A stretch of 64,000 nucleotides of DNA from Alphaproteobacteria bacterium (GTDB lineage Bacteria; Pseudomonadota; Alphaproteobacteria; MPNO01; UBA830): positions 192,001-256,000 of the forward strand of contig OZ219791.1 of the NCBI GenBank assembly GCA_964291215.2, read 5' to 3'. This document shows, piece by piece, positions 10,706-21,360 of the stretch (its first letter is position 1; each line of letters opens with the position of its first letter). The notes beneath the pieces are model-generated. The model was not told the DNA's origin and ran no database searches. It saw only the letters and a list, made by a program, of their open reading frames with translations. A program made the translations under genes and the position numbers.

Positions 10706-11623
10706 ATGATCATGATTGCCAGCACCGATCCCCGATCCCTGCGGTACTGCTTCCCGCCGAACCCCAATCCGCGAAAGCCGTCCTATGCCCTGCCGCCGGG
10801 TGCAGTCGACACCCATTTCCATATCTTCGGACCTCCGGAAATATTCCCCTGGGCGCCGGCCGAACAGAGGGTCTACACGCCGCCGGCCGCGCCTTCCGGG
10901 CACTACCGGAAGCTCGCGGAGCATCTGGGGCTGACGCGCGGGGTCGTCGTGCAGCCGATGGCGCACGGCATGGACAACTCGGCAACCCTCGACGCCATCG
11001 CCCGGTCGGAAGGGCGCTTCATGGGGGTCGCCAAGGCCAACGACCACACCAGCGAGCGCGATTTCGAGGCCCTCCATGCCGGCGGCATCCGCGGCGTCCG
11101 CTTCAACCTGCATGTCGACGCGGGCGGATCGACGGACAGAAAGGTGATGGAGACGGTGATCGACCGCGTGCGACCTCTCGGCTGGTCTATCACCTTCCAC
11201 ACGCGCGCCCGGGACCTCGTCGGCGAGACCGACTGGTTCGCGCGTATTCCGCTGCCGGTGATCATCGACCATTTCGGCCGCGTGCCGTTCGGCGACGGAA
11301 TCGACCAGCCCGCGTTCCGGAACCTGCTAGCGCTCGTACGCAACCACGAACATATCTACATCAAGATTTCGTGCATCGAGAGATGCTCGGCGCAGGGCTC
11401 GCCCTACGACGATTCGATCCCGTTCGCCCACGCCCTGCTGGAAGCCGCCCCGGACCGCCTGCTCTGGGGGACCGACTGGCCGCACTCGCAGCGCTTCGAA
11501 ATCGGCCAGCAATGCGATACCGGCGAGCTTGTCGACATGATTCCCGCGCTGATCCCCGACCAGTCGCTGCGCCACGCGATCCTGGTGGAGAATCCGCTCA
11601 AGCTGTTCCCGTTCGACGCCTAG
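10706..11623 (+). CDS. Amidohydrolase_2 family, 2-pyrone-4,6-dicarboxylate lactonase-like
   Basis: DTHFHIFGP, GIRGVRFN, IDHFGR, LWGTDWPH, ILVENP. Confidence 0.85.
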   Translation: MIMIASTDPRSLRYCFPPNPNPRKPSYALPPGAVDTHFHIFGPPEIFPWAPAEQRVYTPPAAPSGHYRKLAEHLGLTRGVVVQPMAHGMDNSATLDAIARSEGRFMGVAKANDHTSERDFEALHAGGIRGVRFNLHVDAGGSTDRKVMETVIDRVRPLGWSITFHTRARDLVGETDWFARIPLPVIIDHFGRVPFGDGIDQPAFRNLLALVRNHEHIYIKISCIERCSAQGSPYDDSIPFAHALLEAAPDRLLWGTDWPHSQRFEIGQQCDTGELVDMIPALIPDQSLRHAILVENPLKLFPFDA

Positions 11624-11652
11624 AATACGCAGCGCCGGGAGCACCCGGCGGG

Positions 11653-12330
11653 TCAGGAGAGTTCGGGGACCTCCATCGTCCGGCAGGCATCGCGGCCGCC
11701 GAGCGGTGCGCCGGTGCGGCTCTGCAGCTCGTCGAAGGTGATGCCGGCGACGGCTTCCCGCGCCACCAAGCCTTCGGGAGTGACGTCGATGACGGCGATG
11801 TCCGTGAAGATCCGGTCGACCGCGCGCTCGCCGGTCAGCGGCAGGGCGCAGTCCTGCACGATCTTGAAGCCGCCGTTCCGCGTGTTGTGCGTTGTCATCA
11901 CCAACACGCGCCGCGCTCCGACAGCAAGATCCATGGCGCCGCCGACTGCCGGCACCGACCGTTCTCCGCCGGTGGACCAGTTGGCGAGATCGCCGACAGC
12001 GGAGATCTCGAAGGCGCCGAGGACGCAGATGTCGATATGCCCGCCCCGGACCATGGCGAACGAATCCGCGTGGTGAAAGAAAGCCCCTCCAGGCAGCAGC
12101 GTCACCGGCTTCTTGCCGGCATTGATCAGATCGTAATCGACCTCGTTGCCGCCCGGCTCGGGCCCCATTCCCAGGATGCCGTTCTCGCTGTGAAAGATGA
12201 TCTCGCGGCCCTCCGGAATGTGGTTCGCCACCAGTTCCGGCATGCCGATACCGAGATTGACATAGCTTCCCTCGGCAATGTCTTGGGCCACCCGCCATGC
12301 GATCTGGTTGCGTGACAGTTGCGCCGTCAT
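11653..12330 (-). CDS. pcaJ: 3-oxoacid (3-oxoadipate) CoA-transferase subunit B
   Basis: YVNLGIGMP, HSENGILG, INAGK, GGAMDL. Confidence 0.85.
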   Translation of the reverse strand: MTAQLSRNQIAWRVAQDIAEGSYVNLGIGMPELVANHIPEGREIIFHSENGILGMGPEPGGNEVDYDLINAGKKPVTLLPGGAFFHHADSFAMVRGGHIDICVLGAFEISAVGDLANWSTGGERSVPAVGGAMDLAVGARRVLVMTTHNTRNGGFKIVQDCALPLTGERAVDRIFTDIAVIDVTPEGLVAREAVAGITFDELQSRTGAPLGGRDACRTMEVPELS

Positions 12331-13052
12331 TCCATTCCTCCCGGCGCGTAGCGCACGCCCCGATCTATCAGGTTCCGTTCGACCGCCGGTTCGGCGACTT
12401 CCACCACCCTGTCGACGAAAATGCCCGGCGTCACGACGTTTTCGGGCGGGATGGCGCCGAGCACGACGACCCGCCGCGCTTGGACCACCGTCGTTCGCGC
12501 CGCCATGCACATGACCGGCCCGAAATTGCGCGCCGCCAGGCGGTAGGTGAGGTTGCCCCAGCGGTCCGCCTGTTCCGCCTTGACGAGGGCGAAATCGGCG
12601 TGGAGCGGCTCCTCGAGCACGTATTCGACGCCATCCACGATCCGCGAGTCCTTGCCCTCGGCCAGCGGCGTGCCAACCGTCGTCCGGGTATAGAACCCGC
12701 CGATTCCGGCACCGGCCGCGCGCAGCCGTTCAGCCAAGGTGCCCTGGGGCACGACCTCGAGCTCGATCCGGCCCTCACGGTAGAGGGTCTCGAACACCTC
12801 AGAATTGGTCGACCTCGGAAACGAGCAGATCATCTTACGCACGCAGCCATGGGCAAGCAGGGCGGCAAGGCCGACATGCCCGTTTCCGGCATTGTTGTTG
12901 ACCAGGGTGAGGTCGCGGAGGCCGCGGTCGATGAGCGCATGCACGAGCTCGGTCGGGTTGCCCGACTCGCCGAAGCCGCTGACGAGCACCGTCGACCCGT
13001 CTTCGACCGTTGACACCGCCTCATGCACACTGTCGACGATCTTGTTGAGCAT
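12327..13052 (-). CDS. pcaI: 3-oxoacid (3-oxoadipate) CoA-transferase subunit A
   Basis: NNNAGNG, ICSFPR, PQGTLAERLRAAGAG, ARNFGP. Confidence 0.85.
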   Translation of the reverse strand: MLNKIVDSVHEAVSTVEDGSTVLVSGFGESGNPTELVHALIDRGLRDLTLVNNNAGNGHVGLAALLAHGCVRKMICSFPRSTNSEVFETLYREGRIELEVVPQGTLAERLRAAGAGIGGFYTRTTVGTPLAEGKDSRIVDGVEYVLEEPLHADFALVKAEQADRWGNLTYRLAARNFGPVMCMAARTTVVQARRVVVLGAIPPENVVTPGIFVDRVVEVAEPAVERNLIDRGVRYAPGGME

Positions 13053-13169
13053 ATCGATCCTAGGAGTTCGCGCCCCGGTCGGGCCCGGATCCCATGACGG
13101 GGCGAGCGCCGCGGAAGATAGCGGTTTCGGAAACCGAAACAAGCCTTGCCCAGCGCCGCGCAAGACTTT

Positions 13170-14950
13170 CCCACGCTACGTCTGATCTTTCGCGAGACCG
13201 ACGAATCGAGGCCAAATCGGGATGTCCTGGGCGGGTTCCGTGGCGCCGCCCGTGCGCCGACATCGGCAGCGTTTCCGGCCCGGATGCTTCGTTCTTGATG
13301 TTCTGGCGGCGTCCCGGACGCTCGTGGCGTCTCAGGGCCGGATCAAGGCCTCGCGGCGGTCGAGTTGCAGGCGGCGCCGGGTTTCGGCCTTGCGGCGGTT
13401 GGCGAAGATCACCGCGAGCGCGATGTTGTTGCGGCAGGCCCGGTTCGCCGTTTGCGGTGCGGGTCAGGCAGGCGTCTTCGCCAAAGACACACTCCCTTTG
13501 TCGATGGTTCAGGTTCTCCACGGCCCAGTGACCGCGGCAACTTTTCTGGCGACATCGTCTCTGCATCGAGGGAGGTGATGATGTAATCGGTTTCCGTGTA
13601 CTCCTTCCCTTCCTTCCCGGCGTCGCCGGAGCCTTTCTTCAACGGCTCCCGGTAGCGGGTGACCTGACGGACCCCCGGATCAGGCCGTCAGATGGGACGC
13701 TGATCGAACGCTGCTCCAGTCGGCGGTGCGCCTTGTCGAGCTTCTCCGTGAAGCTGCCGGTGGCGTCCCTCTGCCAATTGATGCTGTCGAAGGTCTCCGG
13801 GGCGTTTCCCTTGACGACGAAGACATGATCCGCGCGTTGTGTGCCTCGCGGTCCGGCGTGTGCAGCGCGTCGAGGGTGATCACCTTGCCGCCGATGTCGC
13901 TGCGCTCCAGGAGATCGTGCATGGCCGCCAGTTCGCCGCCGTCGAAGTTCAACAGCGCAAAGGGTGCGCCGCTCTCATGAAGGGCCACGGTCTCGTGATG
14001 ACCATCGCCGTTGCGGTTGGCGCCCCGGATGCGCTTGCCGTCGGCGGCGAGCGCCCGGGCGATGTGAAGCCGGGGCCGCGAGCACATCCTCCAGAGCCTC
14101 GGGGTCGATCAAGTGAATGGCCCGGTGGTTGGTGGACTTGGAGACGGGCTCGCGAAGCCCCGTCTTCGGGTTCCGCCACGCGCCTCCAGCTCCTCCCGGG
14201 GCAGGGACTTCGCGAACTGCGCGGCGGCGACACAGCCCTTGATGTTGGCGAGCTCGGCGAGCACGTGTGAGCACGGAGGCCGCGGCATGCTTCCTTCCCT
14301 GCCCCCGGCGGAAGTCGGGAATGGCCGCAAGCTCGGCGTGGAACGAGCGCAGCACCTCGGGGCGCCAGCCCGGGGCGCGGCGCCACGTCGGGGGGAAGCG
14401 GCGGCGGGCTCGACAAAAGCGCCCGGGCCTCAGTGCCGTAACGTGATCTCCTTGCCGTGGGGATAGCGCCCGTCGGAGCGGGCAAACCCCTTCGTTGAGC
14501 CCGGACATTGCCAGCCCTCAACATCGTGCCAGCAAAGAACTCCGGGGCGCAGAACGTCTCCGCCAGCAGCACCGTGCACCTTCAGCCAGTCGTCGCACAG
14601 CCGGCGCGTCATGCACGCAAGGAAACGGGAGGTAAGGTTCGCAAACACCCCGGGCTCGGAGAGGATCAGGAAACGCGTGTTGTTCGCCACCATCGAGAGC
14701 CGCTGCTCCGGCTTCCAGCCGGTCCACCTGTCGCGGGGAGCGCACTTGAAGGCGCCCACGCCGCCAGCCACTGGCCCCTGAAGGTCGCAACGTAGCGCAG
14801 GCCCGCCAGACGACGGAAACCGAGATAGTGGTACTTGTTCATCAGCGCGCCCCACAGCGGACGCTCATCCGGCCTGACCAAGCGTAATCACCTCGGACAG
14901 GGAAAACCCTCGGGAGTTTCCCGATGGATCGGGTGGGCTTCCATGCGCTT
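13170..14950 (-). mobile_element. Decayed DUF4338-ISAs1 element (copy B)
   Basis: DUF4338 motifs YHYLGF, RDRWTGW, VANNTRFLIL, LLAETF; ISAs1 motifs LAADGKRIRG, ITLDALH, RGHWAVEN, VFGEDAC. Confidence 0.75.
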
Positions 14951-15155
14951 GTGAATCGACATGGCCGGACCGTCGCACATCCAGCACTGGATGGACAGCG
15001 GAAACTGCATTCATGCGCGCGCGTACAACATTCGATTCCCCGACGTCAAGAGAAATCAGACGGAATCTAGCGTGGGACTACCCCGAGCGCCGCGACGGCC
15101 TCTGCGGGCGGACGGCCGGTTTGACGCCGCGACGGCCGGGATACAGGATTCCGCC

Positions 15156-16415
15156 ATGCGTACGCTCTGCCGCGATTGCCGCGCCGTGCATGCCGGCAAC
15201 GAGATGACGTCATGCGTGGCCTGCGGAGGCGGCCGGCTGGTCTCGCATGTCGAGCTCGAAAGCCTCGCCATCGCTCACCTCGACTGCGACTCCTTTTACG
15301 CCAGCGTCGAGAAGAACGACGATCCGGCGCTGCGCGACCGGCCGGTGCTGGTCGGCGGCCGACGCCGCGGCGTGGTGATGGCGGCATGCTACGTCGCGCG
15401 CCGCTACGGGGTCCACTCGGCAATGCCGATGTTCAAGGCCCTGCGCGCCTGTCCCGAGGCCGTCGTGATCGCCCCGGACATGGCCAAGTACAGCCGTGTC
15501 GGACGCCGGATTCGCACCATGATGCGCGAGGTGACGCCGCTGGTCGAGCCGATCTCGATCGACGAGGCGTTCCTCGACCTCGCCGGAACCGAGCGGCTTC
15601 ACGGCGGCAGCCCGGCCCGCACCATGGCGGCCCTCGCCGCGGAAATCGAGAACCGGACCGGGATCCCGGTGTCCGTCGGCCTGAGCTGCAACAAGTTCCT
15701 CGCCAAGTTGGCCTCCGGCCTCGACAAGCCGCGCGGTTTCAGGATCATCGGCCGCGCGGAGGCGGTCTCCGTGCTGGCAGCGCTGCCGGTGGAACGAATC
15801 TGGGGCGTTGGCGTGGTGATGCAGAAACGCCTTGCCCGCGACGGGCTGACGACGATCGGCCAGCTCCAAGCCGTGGCGGAGAGCGAACTCGTCCGCCGCT
15901 ACGGCGAACTCGGGCTCCGTCTCGCGCGGCTGTCTCGGGGCGAAGATGCGCGCGCGGTCGACCCCGAGACGGAACGCAAGAGCGTGTCGAGCGAAACGAC
16001 GTTCGAAACCGACATCTCGGATCCCGGACGGCTCGAGCGGATCCTGTGGCGCCGGGCGGAAGCTGTTTCCGCCAGCCTCAAGAAAGAGGGCATCGGTGGG
16101 CGGACCGTGACGCTCAAGCTCAAGACGGCGAAATTCGCGATACGCACGAGGTCGCGAACGCTCAGCCACCCGACCCAGATGGCCGACGTAATCTATGCCA
16201 CCGCGCGCCACCTGCTGCGGCGTGAGGCCGGCGGGGAACGGTTTCGCCTGCTCGGCGTGGGCCTCTCCGATCTCGCATCGGCGGATATGTGCGATCCGTT
16301 CGACCTTGCCGATCCGGACCTTGCCCAGCGCAAGAAGATCGAAAATGTCGTCGATGACCTTCGCGAGCGGTTCGGCGGCAACGCGATTGCCAAGGGGCGC
16401 ACCCTGGACTCCTGA
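15156..16415 (+). CDS. dinB: DNA polymerase IV with alphaproteobacterial N-terminal Zn ribbon
   Basis: CRDC..CVAC, HLDCDSFYASVE, SIDEAFLD, KLASGLDKPRG. Confidence 0.95.
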   Translation: MRTLCRDCRAVHAGNEMTSCVACGGGRLVSHVELESLAIAHLDCDSFYASVEKNDDPALRDRPVLVGGRRRGVVMAACYVARRYGVHSAMPMFKALRACPEAVVIAPDMAKYSRVGRRIRTMMREVTPLVEPISIDEAFLDLAGTERLHGGSPARTMAALAAEIENRTGIPVSVGLSCNKFLAKLASGLDKPRGFRIIGRAEAVSVLAALPVERIWGVGVVMQKRLARDGLTTIGQLQAVAESELVRRYGELGLRLARLSRGEDARAVDPETERKSVSSETTFETDISDPGRLERILWRRAEAVSASLKKEGIGGRTVTLKLKTAKFAIRTRSRTLSHPTQMADVIYATARHLLRREAGGERFRLLGVGLSDLASADMCDPFDLADPDLAQRKKIENVVDDLRERFGGNAIAKGRTLDS

Positions 16416-16555
16416 GATCCGACGAGGCCAGGAAGCCGCCGGAGGGCGCCGGGAGACGCGATTTCGATTGCGGGAGATGACGGGCCAGTCGCCGGTCCGG
16501 GGTCTTGCGGGTGAACGCAAGCCCGCGGAGGCGGACGCATCCGTCACGAGCGAGG

Positions 16556-16981
16556 CTAGCGCACCACCAGTACGGACCTCGACGAATGGCGGACGACACG
16601 GGCGGCATTGGGCCCGAGCAGGTAGTCCTGAAGCTCGGGCCGGTGCGCACTCATGATGATCAGGTCTGCATCAGCCCGGTCCGCGATCTCGATGATCGCC
16701 TTGTAGATCGTCCCGCTCTCCACGATTTGGCGCACCTTGACGTTTGCCGGAACGCGGTCGGCGACAAATCTCGTCAGCAGGCCCACGGTGTGTTCGCGCA
16801 TCCTCTTTTCGTGGTCTTCCGGAAAATAGTCGGAAACCATCGGGAGCCCGAACTCCGGGACCACGGTCAGCACGTCAAGCCGGGCATCGAACGTGGTGCA
16901 GTACCCGACGGCAATCGGCAGGGCCTTGACCCACGAGCTTTCGTTTCCGAGGTCGATCGGCAGCAGGATCTTGCTGTACAT
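16556..16981 (-). CDS. Universal stress protein linked to the TRAP operon
   Basis: MYSKILLPID, LLGPNAARVVRH. Confidence 0.9.
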   Translation of the reverse strand: MYSKILLPIDLGNESSWVKALPIAVGYCTTFDARLDVLTVVPEFGLPMVSDYFPEDHEKRMREHTVGLLTRFVADRVPANVKVRQIVESGTIYKAIIEIADRADADLIIMSAHRPELQDYLLGPNAARVVRHSSRSVLVVR

Positions 16982-17017
16982 CGCATGCGCTCCCCGTGTT
17001 TCACCGCGCCCCGACGC

Positions 17018-19618
17018 CTAACCGGCGGCCGGTCCGCGTTCCCGCCGCCGTCGCTGAAGCCACCAGACGCCCGCCAGGAGCACCAGGGCCGGAATGACGA
17101 ACACCTCCTTCGGCATGCGGTCCCTGTCGAGCTCGATCGACGTTATCTGCCAGTCGAAATCGAGTTTCGCATCGGCCGCCGGGCTTCCAGGAACGACGTT
17201 GTCGATCAGGACCTTGCCGTCCTCGACGCGGATCTCGATGCCAGCCACGGCGAGCCGCTTCGGCGCGGCGGCAGCCGGGCCGAGCGGCAGGACGGCCGTC
17301 GTCGCGACCGCCTTGCCGTCTATGGTTTCCCCTTCCACCCGGATCCTGAGACTGGCGTCGGCGGGCATTTTTTCGACGATCTGGACGATTGGCGCCGGAT
17401 CGGTGTCCACATAGGGAGCCTCTACCATGTCGAGCCAGAAGCCCGGCCGGAACAGGGTGAACGTCACCAGAAGCAGGACGGCCGTCTCCCACAGGCGACT
17501 CCTGACGATGAAGTAGCCCTGGGTCGCCGCAGCAAATGCCAGCATCGCAACTGTGGCCACGGCAAAGACCAGTATCGCTTCGCCCCAGCCGACATCGATC
17601 AGCAGAAGGTCGGTGTTGAACACGAACATGAACGGCAGGATTGCGGTCCGGATGTCGTACATGAAGCCCTGCAGGCCGGTCTTGATGGGGTCCCCTCCCG
17701 AAATCGCCGAAGCGGCGTAGGCCGCGAGGCCGACCGGTGGCGTGTCGTCGGCTAGGATCCCGAAATAGAACACGAACATGTGCATCGCGATCAACGGAAT
17801 CACCAGCCCGGACTGCGGCGCCAGAACCTGCATCACCGGAACCATCATGCTGGCGACGACGATGTAGTTCGCGGTCGTCGGCAGCCCCATACCCAGAATC
17901 AGGCAAATCAGCGCCGTGAACAGGAGGACGAGGATCAGGCTGCCGCCGGAGATGAACTCGACGAAATCCGCAAGCACCCACTGTATGCCGGTCAGCGACA
18001 CCGTGCCGACCACGATGCCGGCCGTGGCCGTGGCGACGCCGATCCCGATCATGTTGCGGGCGCCGGTCTCGAGGCTCACGACAAAGTCGTTCCAGCCGCT
18101 GCGCCACGCGGCGGAGAGGTTTCCGGAGCCGTCGAACATGGCGCGCAGCGGCCGCTGGGTGAGAACGATGACGACGAGGAACACGGTCGCCCAGAACGCC
18201 GACAGGCCCGGCGAGAATTTTTCGACGCCGAGGCACCAGACGAGCACCACCACCGGAAGGAGATAGTGCAGCCCGGACTTCACCGTGGGCCCGACCTCGG
18301 GAATCTCGGTGACATCGCCGAACGGATTGTCGGGCTCCGGATACCGCGCCGCGTAGCGGATGAGGCCGACATAGGCGGCGACGAGCAGGATCGAGGCGAT
18401 CACCGGCGAGGCCGGACCGGTCGCGGTCTTGATCCAGCCGAGCCCGTAATAGACCACCGCGCCGATGACGATAAGCGCGATGAAGATGCTGAGAAAGGTG
18501 ATCAGCGACTGGACCAGGCGGGGCGGATTCTTGCGCGGAAGGCCCTTCAGGTCGGCCTTGAGGGATTCGAGGTGGACGATATAGACGAGCGCGATATAGG
18601 AGATCAGCGCCGGCAGCAGCGCATGGGTGATGACCTCGATGTAGGAAATGCCGACATACTCGATCATCAGGAACGCGGCGGCGCCCATGATCGGGGGCGT
18701 GAGCTGGCCGTTCGTCGACGACGCGACCTCGACGGCGCCCGCCTTCTCGGACGGAAAGCCGATGCGCTTCATGAGCGGAATAGTGAATGTGCCGGTGGTA
18801 ACCACGTTGGCGATCGAGGAACCCGATATCAGGCCCGTCATTCCCGAGGAGATGACCGCGGCCTTGGCGGGGCCTCCCCGCATGTGTCCAAGCAGCGAGA
18901 ACGCGACGCGGATGAAGTACCCGCCGGCGCCGGCCCGCTCGAGCAGGGCGCCGAACAGCACGAACAGGAACACGAAACTCGTTGAAACTCCGAGCGCGAC
19001 CCCGAAAACGCCTTCGGTGGTGAGCCACTGATGGCCCATCGCCTTGGAGAAGGTCGCGCCCTTCCAGCGCAGGGCATCGGGGACGATCGAGCTGTCACCG
19101 AAGAAAACATAGGCCAGGAACACGGTCGCGACGATCATCAGCGGCGGGCCGAGGGCGCGCCGCGTGGCCTCGAGAAGCGCGATCAGGCCGATGCCGGCGA
19201 CCCACAGGTCGAGGGTGATCGGGGCGCCCGGGCGCCCTGCGAGCGATTCGTAGAACAGAAACAGATAGGCGGCGCAGAACGCGCCGAGGAGCGCGAAGAT
19301 CCAGTCCTGCAGCGGCACGCGGTCACGCGGCGACCGCTTCAGCGCCGGAAACGCCATGTAGGCGAGGAACACCGCAAACGCGAGATGGATCGAACGGGTT
19401 TCGGAACTGTTCAGCACCGGGAGCACGCCGGCGACCATGAACGGAAGCGGCGAGGCAATCCACAGCTGGAATAACGACCAGACGATCGCCGTTCCGGCGA
19501 GTATGCGGCCGACCGGACCGGTCGGCGAGCGGGAACCGGTGTCTACCGACGCGACGATGTCGTCGGCGCCCCCGCCGGGGTCCGCCGAGCGCGATTGAGC
19601 CTGATCCGACATGGCCAT
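17018..19618 (-). CDS. TAXI-TRAP transporter fused 4TM/12TM permease
   Basis: GGPAKAAV, SGSSIANVVTTG, PPIMGAAAF, LGMGLPTTANY, DDTPPVGLA. Confidence 0.93.
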   Translation of the reverse strand: MAMSDQAQSRSADPGGGADDIVASVDTGSRSPTGPVGRILAGTAIVWSLFQLWIASPLPFMVAGVLPVLNSSETRSIHLAFAVFLAYMAFPALKRSPRDRVPLQDWIFALLGAFCAAYLFLFYESLAGRPGAPITLDLWVAGIGLIALLEATRRALGPPLMIVATVFLAYVFFGDSSIVPDALRWKGATFSKAMGHQWLTTEGVFGVALGVSTSFVFLFVLFGALLERAGAGGYFIRVAFSLLGHMRGGPAKAAVISSGMTGLISGSSIANVVTTGTFTIPLMKRIGFPSEKAGAVEVASSTNGQLTPPIMGAAAFLMIEYVGISYIEVITHALLPALISYIALVYIVHLESLKADLKGLPRKNPPRLVQSLITFLSIFIALIVIGAVVYYGLGWIKTATGPASPVIASILLVAAYVGLIRYAARYPEPDNPFGDVTEIPEVGPTVKSGLHYLLPVVVLVWCLGVEKFSPGLSAFWATVFLVVIVLTQRPLRAMFDGSGNLSAAWRSGWNDFVVSLETGARNMIGIGVATATAGIVVGTVSLTGIQWVLADFVEFISGGSLILVLLFTALICLILGMGLPTTANYIVVASMMVPVMQVLAPQSGLVIPLIAMHMFVFYFGILADDTPPVGLAAYAASAISGGDPIKTGLQGFMYDIRTAILPFMFVFNTDLLLIDVGWGEAILVFAVATVAMLAFAAATQGYFIVRSRLWETAVLLLVTFTLFRPGFWLDMVEAPYVDTDPAPIVQIVEKMPADASLRIRVEGETIDGKAVATTAVLPLGPAAAAPKRLAVAGIEIRVEDGKVLIDNVVPGSPAADAKLDFDWQITSIELDRDRMPKEVFVIPALVLLAGVWWLQRRRRERGPAAG

Positions 19619-19679
19619 CCCGTCTCCCGTTCGACGCTTTCCGGCGATTGCTGCGAGTTCGCCACGCCGGCAGGATTCA

Positions 19680-19701
19680 GGGGAAGGCGTCCGCCTTCCC
19701 C
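19680..19701 (-). terminator. Intra-operon stem-loop after the substrate-binding gene
   Basis: GGGGAAGGCG-TC-CGCCTTCCCC perfect hairpin. Confidence 0.5.
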
Positions 19702-19714
19702 CGGAACAGGCTGG

Positions 19715-20695
19715 CTACATCCAGCCCTTCTCCTTGTAGTACTTGGCCGCCCCGTCATGCAGAGGCGCCGAAAGACCGTCCTTGATCATTTCCTTTTCCT
19801 TCAGCACCTTGAATGCGGGATGGAGCTTCTTGAAGCTGGCGAAATTCTCGAAGACCGCCTTCACGACCTCATAGGCCACGCGCTCGGGCACGCGCGTCGA
19901 TGACACGAAGGTGGCGCCGACGCCGAACGTCTTGGTGTCGTTGGCATTGCCGCTATACATGCCGCCCGGAATCGTGGCATGGCGATAGAAGGCGTTGTCC
20001 TTCACCAGCTTGTCGATTGCCGCGCCGGTTACGTTGACGAGCACCGACTTGCACGATGTCGTTGCTTCCTTGATCGAACCTGACGGATGCCCGACGGTGA
20101 ACACCATGGCGTCGATCTTGTTGTCGCACAGCGCCTGGCTCTGCTCGGCGGACTTGAGCTCGGAGGCGAGCTTGAACATGTCCTTGTTCCAGCCCATGGC
20201 GCTCATCACCACTTCCATGGTGCCGCGCTGGCCGGAACCGGGATTGCCGATATTCACCCGCTTGCCCTTGAGATCGCCAAAGTTCTTGATCTTGGAATCG
20301 GCCCGCGCAACCACCGTGAAGGGCTCGGGATGAACCGAGAAGACGGCCCGCAAGTCCTTGAATGCACCGGCCTTATTGAACTTAGAGGTGCCATGGTAGG
20401 CGTGGTGCTGCCAGTCCGACTGGGCGACGCCGAAGTCGAGCTCGCCGGCGCGGATGGTGTTGATGTTGTACACGGAACCGCCGGTCGATTCGACCGAGCA
20501 GCGGATGCCGTGGGCCTTGCGGCCCTTGTTGACGAGGCGACAGATCGCGCCGCCCGTGGGATAGTAGACCCCGGTGACACCGCCGGTGCCGACCGAGATG
20601 AACTGTTGTTGCGCTTCAGCGGCGCTGCCGGTCGCGAGACCGTGAACGCCGATGCCGACCACCGCAGCCGAAACCGCGCAAATGATCTTTCTCAT
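19715..20695 (-). CDS. TAXI family TRAP substrate-binding protein
   Basis: Signal peptide, [36 protein letters not shown]. Confidence 0.93.
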   Translation of the reverse strand: MRKIICAVSAAVVGIGVHGLATGSAAEAQQQFISVGTGGVTGVYYPTGGAICRLVNKGRKAHGIRCSVESTGGSVYNINTIRAGELDFGVAQSDWQHHAYHGTSKFNKAGAFKDLRAVFSVHPEPFTVVARADSKIKNFGDLKGKRVNIGNPGSGQRGTMEVVMSAMGWNKDMFKLASELKSAEQSQALCDNKIDAMVFTVGHPSGSIKEATTSCKSVLVNVTGAAIDKLVKDNAFYRHATIPGGMYSGNANDTKTFGVGATFVSSTRVPERVAYEVVKAVFENFASFKKLHPAFKVLKEKEMIKDGLSAPLHDGAAKYYKEKGWM

Positions 20696-21360
20696 GGTCA
20701 AGAGCCTTTCTGTTCTGGTTGTCGAGATCCGAAAGACCGCCTCCCGGATGGGCGATGCGCAGGTTCCGGACAACCGGACGGCCGCCCGCGCCAGCGGATG
20801 ATGACCCCTGATGCCGTCGTCGGGAAGGCCCGTATGGCAGCCCGAACGCATCGCTGCGGCGACTGTAGACAGCGGCTTCCCCAGCGTCAAGGTCGGCGAC
20901 CGCACAGCCAAGGTGATCCCATGCTTGTTGATGTGATGTGATCGGAGTCCTGATCGCGGCGCGGGTCGACGCGTTCGAGGCTGCGATTTTGAGATTGCTG
21001 ACGCGCTGTTGCGGCGCGGGGCGCGATTGGTCGGCGTATCCGGGGCGAGCAAGAGGCCTTGGTTGCCGGGCTTGAAAGCTTGCGGTTTCTGTCGGGGAGA
21101 GAGGCGCGGTCAGCCTGGTCTTGTGATTGCGTGCAGGACCTGCTTGCGCTTGTCGGCATGGTGGGAAGCTGTTGAAGGGTTTGGGCAGCTTGCGCTTGTT
21201 GTGGATGATGATTGCGAGGGTGATCGCGTTGTTTGCGGGCGCGTTCGGAGCATGGAGTCGTCTTCGCGGAAGGTGGCGTCGCGGACATGATGATGGCTCT
21301 CGGCTACCCGGTGTCCACGATTCCATGCGAGCAACTGTTGCGGCGAGGCGCGCTCGACCG

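Noticed and set aside
14950-15155. LexA box upstream of dinB
   Set aside because: No convincing GTTC-N7-GTTC or GAAC-N7-GAAC found by eye
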